A stretch of DNA of 64,000 bases from the NCBI RefSeq assembly GCF_009914755.1, contig NC_060928.1. One strand, 5' to 3'. This DNA is from the human T2T-CHM13v2.0 reference genome, Homo sapiens. A program made the position numbers and the translations under genes. The notes beneath the pieces were generated by a model. It saw only the letters and a program-made list of their open reading frames with translations, was not told where the DNA came from and did not search any database. Below are positions 43,224-64,000 of this stretch, piece after piece. The first letter of the stretch is position 1; each line of letters begins with the position of its first letter.

Positions 43224-43878
43224 AGATTGCGACCAGGCATGCTTTCATATGATTGCTGGGTCACATGATAGATACATGTTTACCTTTTTAAAAGTGGGCA
43301 AAATATTTGAATAGACAATTCACTAAGTAAGCTATATGGCTGGAAAATAAACATATGAAATGATGCTCTACTATATACAGAAATATAATTAACTTTATAT
43401 ATCGATCTGGTATCTTGGAACCTTGCTAAACTCCTGTATTAGTTCTAGTAACTTATTTATGCACTCCATAGGATTTTCTTCACAGAAATCATGCCGTCTG
43501 TGAATGAAGGGAGTTATACTTCTTATTTTCCAAATGGAGATTTTATTTTTCTTGCATGACTTCACTGGCTAGAACCACTACTACAATGCTGATTAGAAGT
43601 GGTAAGATCGATATCCTTTCCTTGTTCCTGATCGTAAGTGTGATGTTAACTGTAGATTTTTCACATATACTGTTTATCAATATAAGGAAGTTCTCTTCTG
43701 TTCTCTGTTTTCTGACAGTTTTTGTCAGGCATGTATTTTGTATTTTCAAATACTGTTTCTGTATTTGTTGAGATAATCATAGGATTTTTCTTTCTTGTTT
43801 TTACAATGAGTTACACTGATTAACTTTTGAATATCAAACCAACCTTGTATTTTTGAGATAAACCCCACTTGGTCATGA

Positions 43879-44220
<342 letters not shown>

Positions 44221-45169
44221 TTGCTAAGAATTTTTACATGTATTTTTATGACACATACTGGTCTGTAGTTGTCTTTTCTTGTAATGTCATTGTCTGGTTT
44301 TGGTATCAAGTAATGCTGCCCTCACAGAATGAATTAGAAAATATTCCCTTATCAATTTTCTGGAAGAGTTTTTGTAGAATTGGTGTTATTTTCTGCTTAA
44401 ATGTTTGATAGAATTTACCAATGAAGCCATATGGACCCAGTGTTTTCTTTGTGGGAAGGTTTGTAAGTACAAATTCAATTTCTTTAATAGATGTAGAGTT
44501 ATTTATGTTATCTATTTGTTCTTGAATGCGTTTTGGTAGTTTGTATCTTTCAAATAATTTGTCCATTTTATGTTCCTTATCTCTGGTAATATTATTTGCT
44601 CTGAAATCTATTTTGTCTGCTTTCTTTTGATTAGTATTAGGATGGTATATTTTTTTCTTCCCTTAATTTTTAAGCTGTATGTTAAGCATGGTTGAATCTT
44701 GCATTTTTATCCAATCTTAATAATCTCTGGTTTTTAAATGAGAGAGTTTAGACTATTTACATCTAATTTAATTATTGATAATTTTGGTTCTATTTGTATT
44801 CTGTTTGTTCCATCTTTTCTTCTTCCCCCTTTCCTTTTTTGCCTTCTTTTAGAAAAACTGTGTAATATTTATTCCATTTTATCACCCTTGTTGGCTTACT
44901 AGTTATAATTCTTTTTAATTCACAATAACGATATATAAAGTTTTATTAGCTATAATTCTTTATAATTCACAGTAATAGGACATAAAGTTTAAGTTATTGA
45001 TTTAGGGTTTATATTATACATATTTGTTATGTTCTACCTTCAAGTGGTATTACATTACTTAACATATACCGCAAGAACCTTAAAATAGTACAATTCTATT
45101 TTCCCCTCCTGACCTTTGTACTATTTTGCCTTACATTTTACTTCTATATATTTTATAAACCACATAGTA

Positions 45170-45477
45170 CAGTGGTCCCCAACCTTTTTGGCATCAAGGA
45201 CCAGTTTTGTGGAAGGCAGTTTTTCCACAGACCATTGTGGGGTGGACGGTTTTGAGATGAAACTGTTCCATCTCAGATCGTCAAGCATTAGATTCTCATA
45301 AGGAGTGCACAACCTGGATCCCTTGCATGTGCAGTTCACAATACCATTTGTGCTCCTATGAGAATCTGATGCCTGCTGCTCCTGATCTGACAGGAGGCAG
45401 AGTTCAGGCAGTAATGCTCGATTGCCCACCACTCACCTCCAGTACTGATCTGCAGCCTGGGTGTTGGGGGACCCCTG
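45170..45477. mobile_element. MER1B-like hAT-Charlie element
   Basis: TIRs cagtggtccccaac / gttgggggacccctg; 8-bp TSD acatagta / ccatagta. Confidence 0.9.
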
Positions 45478-46029
45478 CCATAGTACATTATCATTATATT
45501 TGTTGTTTCTTTCAAGAGTCAGTTATCTTTTAAAGACATTTAAATAATAAAAATGTATTTATATTTGTTCATGTTGTTACCATTTCTGATGCTCTCCATT
45601 CTTTTATTTAGGTTTTCATTTGGTATTATTTTCCTTTTGCTTGAAGGAAAAGCAAAAGAAAAAAATACCAAATTTTCCTTTACTATTTCTTACAGTGCTG
45701 GTCTGCTTGTGATGAATTATTTCAGCTTCTTTTAATATCTGAAAATATCCTTATTTCATCTTTGTTTTTGAAAGATATTTCCACTGGGTAAAAAATTCTA
45801 GATTGATAAGTTTTTTTTTTTCTTTCAGTACTTTCAGGATATTGCTTTACTCTCTTCTAGTTTGCATTGCTTCTGATAAGAAATCTCTCATCTTTACCTT
45901 TGGCCCTCTTTATATCATGTATATTTTTCCTTTGGTTGATTTAATCACTGTTTCTTTATCACTGGTTCTAGGAAATTTTGCTTTTAAGCTGCGCTAGAAA
46001 AGACCAAAAAGCATTTAGTCTAGGATTAA

Positions 46030-46358
<329 letters not shown>

Positions 46359-47205
46359 TGAGGGAAGATTCTTCTTAGAATCCTAAAAAAAAAAATGTCT
46401 GATGTCTTCTAAATTATGTGGTTTTCCAATCTGGCTGTTGGGAACAGGCACTATCCCAGTCCATATATGAGCTACAAATACTCTTTCCTCTAATCCCTGT
46501 GTGTGATTCTTTCCCCAGTTCTGGGTAGTTTCTTCACATGCATGTTCTGATCAATACTCAACTGAACATCCAAGGACATTCCCTTCAGATCTCTAGAGTT
46601 CTCATCTGTATAGTTCCCCCTTTCCAGAATCTGCCCTGCCAACTCTAGCCTCTTCAACTTCCTCAGACTGTCAGCTCAGGGTTTTGACTCAGGGTTTCCC
46701 CTCCTTACATTGCATCCAGGAAACTTCTTCCAGTAAGTTGGGGCTATGGTATAACTTATCTCATTTGTTCCCATATGACAGGATGACTGTTTTTCATTGC
46801 CTGATAACCAATGTCTTGAAAGCCATTGCTTTATAAATTTTGTCTAGTTTTCTAGTTGTTTCAGATGGAAGGATAAATTCAGTTCCAGTTTTTCATTATG
46901 ACCAGAAACAAATGTCCAAAGGGACTTAAAAAAAAAAATACACAAATCTTTTCATATTATGCTCCTCTCAAAACCTGTCAATGGTTTATCACTGTTCTCA
47001 GGATAAAGTCCATAATCCTTACCAAGGCTTCAGAACTCGTCGCCCCTTGCTCCTCTTGTCCCATGCTCTCCCTTATTAATTCTGTTTCAGCAACACAAAC
47101 TTTTCAGTTGCTCAAACTCAGCAGACACTTCTACCTGTCCCTCCTCTCAAGAATTCACCTCATATTTTGTGCTCCCCCGACTTTTTTTTTTTTTTGAGAA
47201 CTTAG

Positions 47206-47558
<353 letters not shown>

Positions 47559-49459
47559 ATGTGCTCCCCTATTCACAGAGGTGTCCTATACCTGTTCTTC
47601 AGAGTTTATCTTGAATGTCATTTTCTCAGGGAAACCGTCCTTGGCTTCCTCAATAAGTCATGTTTGTTATGATTGTCCCCATAGGCTTGGAAATCAACAC
47701 TAATTTTAAGGAGATACTCTGTAATATAACAGGGTGTTATGTTAAATAATTCGAGGGTCTTTCTTTCCCATTGTAAATTTCTATGATATAGTACGTACTC
47801 TTCAAAAAACATCATTTTGTAAAATATCTTACTTATTAAGACTATTGTATTTTAATAAATTACATTATAAATGTATTGAATGGGATCTAGTAGCATTTAA
47901 ATTCTCAGAAAGACTTCTTTAAATAAAGTTAAGTATTGCCATACACACAGTACCTCACCTACAATTATTTTCAAATTCAGTATATTGATTAGGTAGTCAG
48001 TAGTATAAAGACTAGAGAAGTAATACAGAGTCAATCCATTCCTCAAGAAACATAAGATTTATTTAGTGAGATAAAACTTGCATACAGAAAACAAGATATT
48101 GGCCATTTTTTAAAAGATAACAGAATGCATTTTAAAGTGTTTATTCCTTAAGTCCTGCACTTGCAATTCTGAGAGTAGGAAGGATTAGGAAACGTTGGGT
48201 AGTTACACCAGCCACTCAAGTTTAAGTTAGAGAAGGGACCCCAGAGATAGAGGTATCTAATTAGGTAGGTTAGTTTATTATCTAGAGCAGCTAGAAGTAA
48301 AAGGAAGGAAAGGATAAGTACAAAGAATTGCCCACAGGACAAAAAAAAAAAAAAAGGATGAAACTTAATCTGTTGTCAGATGTAAGGAATGAATGTTACG
48401 TAAAAAGCCAGAGGACAAATCAGAAGTCATGAGTTGTGTCAACACAAGAATGCAGTGGGAGAAAGAAGCAAGATGGGCAATAAGGCTGGAGAATGTAGCA
48501 CTCTAGATATGAGGAGGGGTGAATTACCTGAAGCTCGCTGTTATTGTCTGTGAGTCACATGGTGAATATGTGAGGGGGCTCAAGTTAAAGGGTAACTGGT
48601 TAGGGAAGATTTTCCCTCTGGCCCCACACAATTACTCAGGCTTCCCCTGGAAGCTATCACTTCTCTTTGGTAGGAGGTTCTCTTCCAGCTCTGTGCCTTA
48701 AATTAACCGAACATGGCCATGGTTCCAGAAATTTGCCTGCCCTGATCTGTTCACTATGATGATTATGTACATGATTCCCTGGTTCCAGATCTGCACTCAC
48801 TCCATAGTCCATCTGGCTTCTGACTCTGGCTCCATTCCCATTTTATAGTTCTGCTCCTGTCCTTCGTACTAGACTTTAGTATTTGGTTTCCTATTTCTGA
48901 CTCTTGGCCTGCTGCCACAAAAAAAAAAAAAAAAAAAAAAAAAAACTGTACTAATTATCATTTCTACTTCAAACTACTTCACTTTCATTATTCTGTAGGC
49001 ACCCAAGCCCCATTTTTGGTCATGGACCAGTGCCTTAATAAAAAACACTGGACTTTACACAGGGATTCACATCAGTGGTTGTTCATATGGTTTTCTTCTA
49101 CAAATACTGTCCCTACCAGCTGAAGTGCCAAGGCTAGCTACAATAATGGCAAAGTCCAGATCATTCCCTGTTGTGTATTTTGGCTTCTTGTCTCTCGCAG
49201 TTGGAGTGAGTTGCAAAGATATTGGGTTACAAGTGGAGTTCTAAGGCCATTTGCACAGGGACCAGTTAAAATGAATTTGGGATGCATGAATGGTAAACCT
49301 GGAAGTGGAAGGCCTCCACCCCTACTTTATGGTTCAGGAGACTTGTTTATATATAGGTGAGAAAGTAGTGATGATTGGGACATATCTATTGTGAGAAAAG
49401 CCACAGAGTCTGCTCTCTGTATTGTCTCTCTTAGTAATTAAGACTGTCAGCTTAAACTT

Positions 49460-50662
<1,203 letters not shown>

Positions 50663-51417
50663 GAATTTCTGTCCTTTTAAATCTTTTTATTTCAACTTTT
50701 ATTTTAGGTTCAATGGATACATATGCAGCCTTGTCACATGGGCATACTGTGTGATGCTGAGGTTTGAAGTATGATTAATCCGTCACCCAGGTAGTGAGCA
50801 TAATGCCCAATAGGTAGTGTCTCAACCCTTGTCCCTCTCCCTGCCTCCCATCTCTAGTAATCTCCAGTGTCTATTGTTGCCATCTTTATGTCCATGTGTA
50901 CTCAGTGTTTAGCTCCCACGTATAAGTGAGAACATGAGATGTTTGGTTTTCTGTTTCTGCATTAATTTACTTAGGACAACAGCCTCCAGCTGCATCTGTG
51001 TTGCTGCAAGGGACATGATTTTCTTCTTTTCCAGGCTGCATAGTATTCCATGTTGTATATGTACCACATTTTCTTTATTCAATCCACCATTGATGGATAC
51101 CTAGCTTGATACCATGCCTTTGCTATTGTCAATAGTGCTGTGACTAACATATGCATGCATGTGTCTTTTTGGTAGAATGATTTATTTTCCTTTGAGTATA
51201 TACTCAATGATAGGACTGCAGGGTCAAAAGGTAGTTCTATTTTTAGTTCTTTGAGAAATCTCCAAACTGCTTTCCACAGTGGCTGAACTAATTTACATTC
51301 CCACCAACAGTTGTATGTGTTTCCTTTACTCTTCAGCCTCTCCAGCATCTGTTATTGTTTGACTTTTTAATAATAGCCATTCTGACTGGTGTGAGATGGT
51401 ATCTCACTGTGTTTTTT

Positions 51418-51722
<305 letters not shown>

Positions 51723-53819
51723 CTCATTGTGGTTTTGATTTGCATTTCTCTAATGATTAATGATGCTGAGTATTTTTTCGTATGTCTGTTGGCCTCTTGT
51801 ATGCCTTCTTTTGAGAAGTGTCTGTTCATATCTGTTGCCCACTTTTTAATGGGGATATTTGGTTTTTTTTGCTTGTTGAATTCTTTAAGTTTCTTCTAAA
51901 TTCTGCACATTAGACCCTGTCCGATGTATAGTTTGTGAATATTTTCTCCCATTCTGAAGGTTGTCTGTTTACTCTGTTGATAGTTTCTTACCCTGTGCAG
52001 AAGCTCTAGAGTTTAAGTAGGTCCCATGTGTGAATTTTTGTTTTTGTTGCAATTACTTTTGAGGACTTAGTCAGAAATTCTTTGCCAAAGCTGATGTCCA
52101 GAAAAATATTTCCTAAGTTTTTGTCTAGGATTTTTATAGTTTTAGGTCTTACATTGAAGTATTTAATCCATCTCGAGTTAATTTTTGTATATGGTGATAG
52201 GTACAAGTTCAGTTTCATTCTTCTGCCTATGGATAGCCAGTTACCCAGCATCATTTATTGAATAGAGGGTCCTTTCCTCATTGCTTATTTTTGTCAACTT
52301 TAACAAAGATCAGTTGATTGTAGGTGTGCAGCTTTATTTATTTCTGGGTTCTCTATTCTGTTCCTTTGGTCTATGTGTCTTTTATTGTACCAGTACCATG
52401 CTGTTTTGGTTATTATACCCTTGTAGTATAGTTTGAAGTCAGATAATATGATACATCTGGCTTTGTTCTTGCTTTGAATAGTTTTGGCTATTCAGGGTCT
52501 TTTTGGTTCCATATGAATTTTAGAATAGTTTTTTCTAATTATGTGAAAAAATGGCATTGGTAGTTTGATAGGAATAATGTTAAATGTGTAGATTGCTTTG
52601 GCCAGTATAGCCCTTTTAATGATATTGATCTTCCAGTCCATGATAAGAGAATGTTTCTCCATTTGCTTGTGTCATCTATGGTTTCTTTCAGCAGTGTTTT
52701 GTGGTACTCCTTGTAGAGGTCTTTCACCTCCTTGGTTAGATGTATTTCTAGGTATTTTATTTTTTGGGTGGTTATTGTAAATGGGATTGCATTCTTTATT
52801 TGGCTGTCAGCATTAATGCTATTGCTGTATAGAAATGCCACTGATTTTGTACACTGATTTTGTTTCCTGAAATGTTACTGATGTTGCTTATCAGTTCAAA
52901 GAGACTTTTGGTATCATATTTAGGGTTTTGTAGATATAGAATCATATTGTGAGTGAAGAGAGATAATTTGACTTCTTCTTTTCCTGTTTGGATGCCTTTT
53001 ATTTCTTTCTCTTGCCTGATTGCTCTGGCTAGGACTTCCACTACTCTGTTGAACAGGAGTGGTGAGACTTGGCATTCTTGTCTTGCTGTAGTTCTTAAGG
53101 AGAATCCTTCCAGCTTTTACTGGTTCAACATGATATTGGCTGTGGGTTTGCCATAGATAGCTCTTATTATTTTGAGATATTGTCCTTCTATTCCAAATTT
53201 GCTGAGGGTTTTTTTCATGCAGGGATGTTGGATTTTTATCAAAGGCTTTTTCTATGTCTATTGAGATGATCATATAGTTTTAATTTTTAATTGTGTTTAT
53301 GTGATCAATCACATTTATTGATTTGTGTATGTTGAACCAGCTTTGCATCCCAGGAATGAAACCTACTTGATCATGGTGAATTAACTTTTGATGTGCTGCT
53401 GGATTTGGTTTGCTAGTCTTCTGTTGAGGATTTTTGCTTCCGTGTATATGAGGAATATTGGCCTGTAACTTTCTTTTTTCATTGTTTCTTTGCCAAATTT
53501 TGGTATTAGAATGATGCTAGCTTCATAGAATGAGTTAGGGAGGAGTTCCTCCTCCTCAGTGTTTTGGATTATTTTCTGTAGAATTGATACCAGCTCTTCT
53601 TTGTATATCTAGTAGAATTTGGCTGTGAATCCATTTGATCCAAGGCATTTTTTGGTTGGTAGTTTTTGTTATTACTGATTCAATTTTGGAACTTGTTATT
53701 GGTCTATTCAGGGTTTCAATTTCTTCCTGATTCAATCTTGGTAGGGTGTGTGTTTTTCTAGGAATTTATCCATTTCCTCTAGATTTTCTAGTTTCTGTGA
53801 ATAGAGGTGTTCATTGTAG

Positions 53820-54143
<324 letters not shown>

Positions 54144-57100
54144 CTCTGAGGCTCTTTTGTATTTGTTTGGGATCAGTTGTAATTTCACCTTTGTCATTTC
54201 TGATTGTGCTTCTTTAGATTTTCTCTCTTTTGTAGTTTGTTAATCTAGCTAGTGATCCATTGATCTTGTTTATCATTTCAAAGAAACAAATTTGGCTTCA
54301 TATATTGTTTGTATGGATTTTGGGGTCTCAATTTCATTCATTTCTGGTCCAATTTTAGTATTTCTTTTCTTCTGCTAGTTTTGGGGTGAGTTTATTGTTC
54401 TTCTACTTCCTCTAGGTTCAATTTGTGATCTTTCTAACTTCTTGAGGTAGGCATTTAGCACTATAAACTTTGTTTTTAACACTGCTTTTGCTGCATCCCA
54501 GAGATTCTGGCATAGTGTGTTTCTGTTTTCATTTATTTCAAAGAATTTTTTGATTTCTGCCTTAATTTCATTGTTTACCTAAAAGTCATTGAGGAGCAAG
54601 TTGTTTAGTTTCCATGTAATTGTGTGGTTTTCATAGATATTCCTGGTATTGATTTCCATTTTTATTCCACTGTGGTCCAGGAGTATGGTTGGTAAGATTT
54701 TGATTTTTTTAAATTTATTGAGACTTACTTTACGGCCAAGCATGTGGTTGATCTTAGAGTATGTTTCATGTGCTGATGGAATGTATATTCTGTGATTCTG
54801 TAGACGTCCAATTGGTCAAGTGTCAAATTTAAGTCCAAAATTTCTTTGTGAGTTTTCTGCCTCAGGGATCTGTCTAATGCTGTCAGTGGGGTATTGAAGT
54901 TTACCAGTATTATTGTGTGGCTAAGTCTTTTTGTAGGTTGAGAAGTACTTGTTAAGTCACCAGGAGACCTGCAATTCCCAGGGGACCTGCTGGTCCTCTG
55001 AGCTTGGCAAAATCGGAGTGAATTGTGGGGTATGTCTGGTGATGCAGTGGATCAAAGGCAGAGGATTCTGGAGCAGGGCTGTGGTGCCACAAGTATGCAG
55101 TTGGTATACCTCCATGGACCAGGGTTTTTAGCCCAGCAGGTGACTGTTGAGTCTGCGCAGCTGACACTTTCCCAACTGGGTCTTCCTCCAATTTCTGCCC
55201 CAGGAGCTGGCCAAACCAGCTAGTTTTGTTCCAAGCCTTTTGTGCCCAGATTGCTTGGCTGTTCCAGCTATTCTGCCCCATGGGAATCCCTCAGGCCGAA
55301 GCTGAGCTGGCCAACAGGCAACACCTTTCCCAGACTGGTCTTGCAGAGGGAAAGACACCTACTTCCCACATCAGCACATGAACCCATGCCCCACTTTCTC
55401 TTTGTCCTGATAGTGGGGGCTTCTCCCCTGCTCAAGCTCTGGCTACAGATCTCAGCTCAATACCCCTGGACAGTGTGCTCGAACCCTGGAAATTGGGAAC
55501 TGGGCTCACGACTTTGTACTCTGGCTCCTTCACCGGCTGTGCTGGGGGACTGAACTGCTCACAGTCTGCCAGCAAAACACTCAGATGAGGCACTCAGGAG
55601 GCTGTGCTGTGTGTACCCACTTTCAGGAGCAGTCTGGCAGATGGCCTTGGGAGGGGTCAGAGTCAAGGGGGCATATGGATCAGATCCACCGCAATCCTTT
55701 GAAAAAGAGTTCTCCTCTCTCTGGCCTGACAGTTAGCAGTGGCTGCCGTCACCCAGAGCAAGATGGAAAAGCCTGGGGCATGGGTGCCTGTGGTCACGTT
55801 TTGCTGCAGCTGCCCCATAGGCTGTGAAACCTTCTGGGCTCTGTGCAGGTTTGAACTCTGCCTCTGCCTAATCTCCGGGGAGTTCCCCTTGCCAATTCAA
55901 ATGTCTAGAGGGGAATCGGATCTCTTGTAGCTAGGATCCCAGAGTCCTGTGGTGGCAGTGTGGTGCCCCAGAGTTCCTTCACACACCCTTTCCTGAGCAC
56001 CTGTTCAGGACCAGAAGCTGGTCCTGGTGCTCGATGACTCCATACAGTTGTCCCAGCTTCCTCTCTCTTCAACCTCAATGTCTACGTCATCTCTCTATTG
56101 ACTTTCAGTGTTTTCTCTCAAAATAGCTGTTCAGAGGGTGATGGCTTACTCTATATTTTGATTTCCCTAGGTGGGAGAGGTGTTTCCTGGCTACATTTAG
56201 TTGGCCACCTTATCCCTTCCTTTGGATTTCTGTCTTTATCTAAAGAAAGATGGGATGCTATTAAAGTGAGGTAAGCTGGATAGTGCTATGATTTATGTGT
56301 TGAAAAGATCATCCTTGTTGCTTACGTGGAGTAGGCCAAAAGGATGCAAGAAGACAAATCAGAAGGCTGATTTGGTAGATCCAGGAAAGACATAATGCTG
56401 GCTCAGACCACTGTGGTAGTGGTGGAGATAGCTAGAAATGGTTGGATTTAAGATAAATTTTGAAATAAAAGTAAATGGAACTTGCTGATTAATTGGAAAT
56501 GAAAGATAACATTTTCCTCAAATCTCTGACCTCTCACCTCCTGGATCACTTTTAGAAGATGATCTCATCTCCTATTTTACTAAGAAAATAGAAGCCATCT
56601 GACAAGAACTCCCTAATTTACCTGCCAGTGAACATGAACTTAAGAGGGGCTTAGAGAAAGTGATGTCTTCAGGGAACAGTCAGATTTCAGTTAAAGCAAG
56701 GGAGTAGAGTGAGAGCTCAGAGAAGTTTTTAAGGATATAAGGGAGTCTTCTGGACAAGTATTGGCTCTTTTATTGGGCCCTTCACTGAGGTTTGGAAGGC
56801 AAGGAAGGGGAGGGGACTGACTTGAAACAAAGCAAATGAAAAGAGTTACATTGATGATAGTGAGGTAAAGGATAGATGACCATTCAATCTGTCACACAAC
56901 AGAAGCATGGGTAAAAGGCATGGTCAATTTCTCTGAGGGAGGCAGACAATGGGAGGTGGCAAGATAATTTGACCAGGGTGGTTGTAGACACAGATGTTGA
57001 CAACCTGCATGTGAGAAGGTTTGGACAATGCTGGATATAGAAACCGAAGACTCACATGCTTCAGGGCCTGGTGGATAAGAAAACCACAGAAGACTGGAAT

Positions 57101-57742
57101 CAGGCAATGTCCATAGTTCCTTTGGATTGTTTTGGATCTCCTCCAGAAACTGACCTGTAGCAAAGGTAATGTTGTACTAGGCGTGAAGGAAAGCAGAAGG
57201 ACCGGAATCCATGTTTGTCATATAAGGGATATAGAAAAATGCTTATAGTCAAACTTCTCTGTTGTGAGATGGATGACCTAGTCATATTGTTTATTTGATA
57301 TGTGGTCATGGTAATCTTCTTTCTGTATTTGGTTGATCATTCTTTTTAACCATCATTTGTGGACAGTGAATAGGAGAGTGGGTCAATTCAGACCTGGAAG
57401 GCTTTGAGGGCTGCACTCTAGAAACACAAGTCTAATTGTAATACATGGTCTCACTTTAAGTTTTCAGGTAGTTATAGAGATGAAACACCTCCCTAATCAG
57501 CAAGAGAGCAGAATATGATCCAATGTAAAGGGTGTACCATCTTGGTGAAAATATTGAGAATTGTGTTAAATACTTACAAAGGAGAAGGGCTAGGGCAAAT
57601 CATGTAACAGTTAAGTTTCTTAATTTATCCTGAGGGATCAGGGTATAATTTTTTCTGGAGCATCCTGAGCCTGCTTTGGTTAAAGATGCAAATACTTCAA
57701 GCAGTAGCATACATCAGAAAGTTTTGTCAGACAAAAAGATTA

Positions 57743-58034
<292 letters not shown>

Positions 58035-58770
58035 CTAGTGGGTCATATTCAGGGTCTTGAGTAGACCTTCGTATCCAGCCAAGTCAATGTTCTAATAGGA
58101 GCTTAACACACTTGTTTGGGATTCACTTTAAGTAAAGCAACATCTTGATTTTTCAGAATTGCTTCCAATAATTCTGAAACTCCCTCAGATACTGTTTGTC
58201 CCAAGTGTCTGCCTATTGTTGCCCCATGATGAAACCTTTTACTTCCAGCAGTAGTTATAGGGCCATGTCAGTCTTTAAGCAAAGACCCTCAGGCATGAAC
58301 GAACTTGCCCATAAATAAATTCATAGATTCCTCATACCTCCTGTATACATGATGTGAATTTGACTCTACATAAGAATATGACAGATTACATCTGAACTGT
58401 GCCTAGCTCTCTTGTCATTCTGCTGTTCTTCGTTAAGAACATCAGGTCATGGGAAAGTTCTAAGGCCTCTCAAGTTAGTATATCCAGGCTTTAAAGGCAG
58501 TGTTTACAGTGAACAGTCTCATATGTTGTTCAATTAATTATTGCCATAGACAACTTTCTCTGGAAATAAGTGGACAGGCAGAGTTCATCTTGACCTGAAA
58601 CCCTATGGCAGGAATTCCTTCACAGAGGCCTCTCTGTGAAGAAGGGAGGAGATGAATGGAGTGGTATGATTAAGGTTGAGATGAAGAAGGTAATTCTCGA
58701 AAGGTAATGACCATTTGTAAACCAATTATGTCATATCTGGTTTCTCTAACTTACTTGTCTAGAAAGAATA

Positions 58771-59160
58771 TCATTCAGGATTCTATCAGGACAATAGAGC
58801 CACTATAAAAATTATCAGAATATGTGACTTATTAACTCTGAATGGAACTGTAGAAATAAAGGTCTGGAAGAAGGGAGTTAGAGATTCAGAAAAATCATCA
58901 CCAACCAGTACTCTCCACCTGTCTCACAGGCAAATCTTGCAGGGAAAAGCAAAAATCCAAGTACTTCAGACTGTTGAAGTGCAACAGCAAAGACAGGATT
59001 TGTGGCAAGGTCTATGGGAAGTTGCCTTCATGAAGCTACTGCCTCTATCAGTCCACAGTCAAGCATTTGGTTGAGGATCTGGGGTCATTGTTGGTCAGCA
59101 GGGCCAGCAGCTAGGAAGATAAGTTGAATGCAGAGGAGAGGGAGGATGATGAGAATTGGA
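58771..59160. mobile_element. Old LTR-like element (family not resolved)
   Basis: attcaggattctatcagg..agagccacta start and ggtcagcagggccagcagc motifs typical of ERVL/MaLR LTRs. Confidence 0.45.
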
Positions 59161-59849
59161 GTTTCTTATTCTTCTCTTAAGAAGTACCAGGGCCCTAGCA
59201 AAGAAGGAAAGAAGGTTGAAGGATTGCCACAGATATTTCATCCATATAATTTCAAAGGCATAATCTAAGAGCAAAGTACATTTCTGTTTTTTATTTGTTT
59301 GGATTTGAGCCACAGATGCAAAGTAGATCATGCAGTCGTCTGTTTATTCACAGTTAATATTTGCTTCCTTTTTCAAGAACACCATTTAATAGGCAAAATA
59401 TAACTTATAGGAGCCTCAAGAATGGGAACATCTAGTAAAGTAGTTACCCTATGGCCCAAGAGAATTCTGGGCTCAGGTGAGGTTCAGTGTCTTAAATGTT
59501 CCTGGAGTTCACAGCATTGTGTGTCTCTAGTTAGTTGATGTAATAGCTCTTGAACAGTAGGTTCCTATCTAACATATATGCCTGGACATGTTCTCCCAAA
59601 ATGTTCTAGTTCAGTTCAGAGTTCAGCACAAATTCAGTTGCTGTTGCTGCTGCTGCTTCTCTTCCACTGTCCTTTCTACCTGTCAGTCTACACTGAAAAT
59701 TCATCCGTCCTTTTACTGAGAAGGAGGCCATAGCTACTAGGAGGTATGAGTATGTGACTGTGTATGAAGTCTGATGAAGCTTTCGATGAACTTGGTTAGG
59801 TTTCTTGGATGAGCAGTTCAAACTAGCTCATCCCAGGGTAGTAGACAAC

Positions 59850-60102
59850 ACTGTGATGTGCATGGGAAGTCTCACATCCAACCCACACCCAATAACTATG
59901 TGGGGTATAAAGGCCTTGCCATGTGAAAGGTTATTCTAGCTCCAGGGCTTCCAGTGGGTTGGCTGAGTCTGTTGTTTGACTCCTCACTCTTCCGACTCCT
60001 GCCTCCTTTCTCTCCCTTCCACAGATACTGATCCCATGGATATTCCTTAGTTCCATGATGAACTAAACTCAAAGTCTACTTTCTGGAAATCCCACCTACA
60101 AC
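59850..60102 (+). mobile_element. LTR16/LTR33-like ERVL LTR 3' part
   Basis: tcccttccacagatactgatccc..aagtctactttctggaaatcccacctacaaca. Confidence 0.6.
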
Positions 60103-60291
60103 ACCTTTATAGCTGTAAAAATCTTTGTTAGAGCTATGCTTGGAAAGACAGATGCCTAATCTTCCATTTTGCCTTCCTCTCCTCAGGTACTAGCCCTGTG
60201 GTGAGGTTATGGATTAAAGATACACTGTCAGAGTAAAGACAATATGTGTGATTAGAGTTTAGAAGGAAGAAAGTGATCAATAAGAGCTTGC

Positions 60292-62968
<2,677 letters not shown>

Positions 62969-62969
62969 T

Positions 62970-64000
<1,031 letters not shown>

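Noticed and set aside
56892-57309. Resemblance to bornavirus glycoprotein (GF..S..R..Y, WF, VQTF)
   Set aside because: Cysteine pattern not matched; the L-polymerase reading explains more motifs in order over a longer span.
58618-58641. 10-bp inverted repeat as terminator or miRNA
   Set aside because: Too short for a pre-miRNA, no U-tract, and chance-level in 64 kb.

Overview
Human-like (primate) genomic DNA. The centre holds the CpG-island promoter and first coding exon of ANKRD17 on the minus strand (CDS 31922-32314, 131 codons, ending at a non-canonical GC 5' splice site). Bases 1-31921 are the repeat-rich intron 1. Bases ~33 kb-64 kb are upstream/divergent sequence dense in Alu, L1, L2, MaLR/ERVL LTRs and hAT MERs. 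Two non-repeat fossils stand out. (1) At ~37.6-38.0 kb, a retrocopy made of an H/ACA snoRNA (SNORA3/ACA3-2 family), the downstream intron, the last RPL27A exon and a poly(A) tail. (2) At ~56.9-59.5 kb on the minus strand, a heavily degraded segment, interrupted by an Alu and an LTR, whose frame-shifted translation shows about ten collinear motifs of a mononegavirus (bornavirus-like) L polymerase; this is a candidate ancient endogenous non-retroviral RNA virus element. All family assignments are by eye from remembered consensus sequences, no searches were run, and repeat boundaries are approximate.
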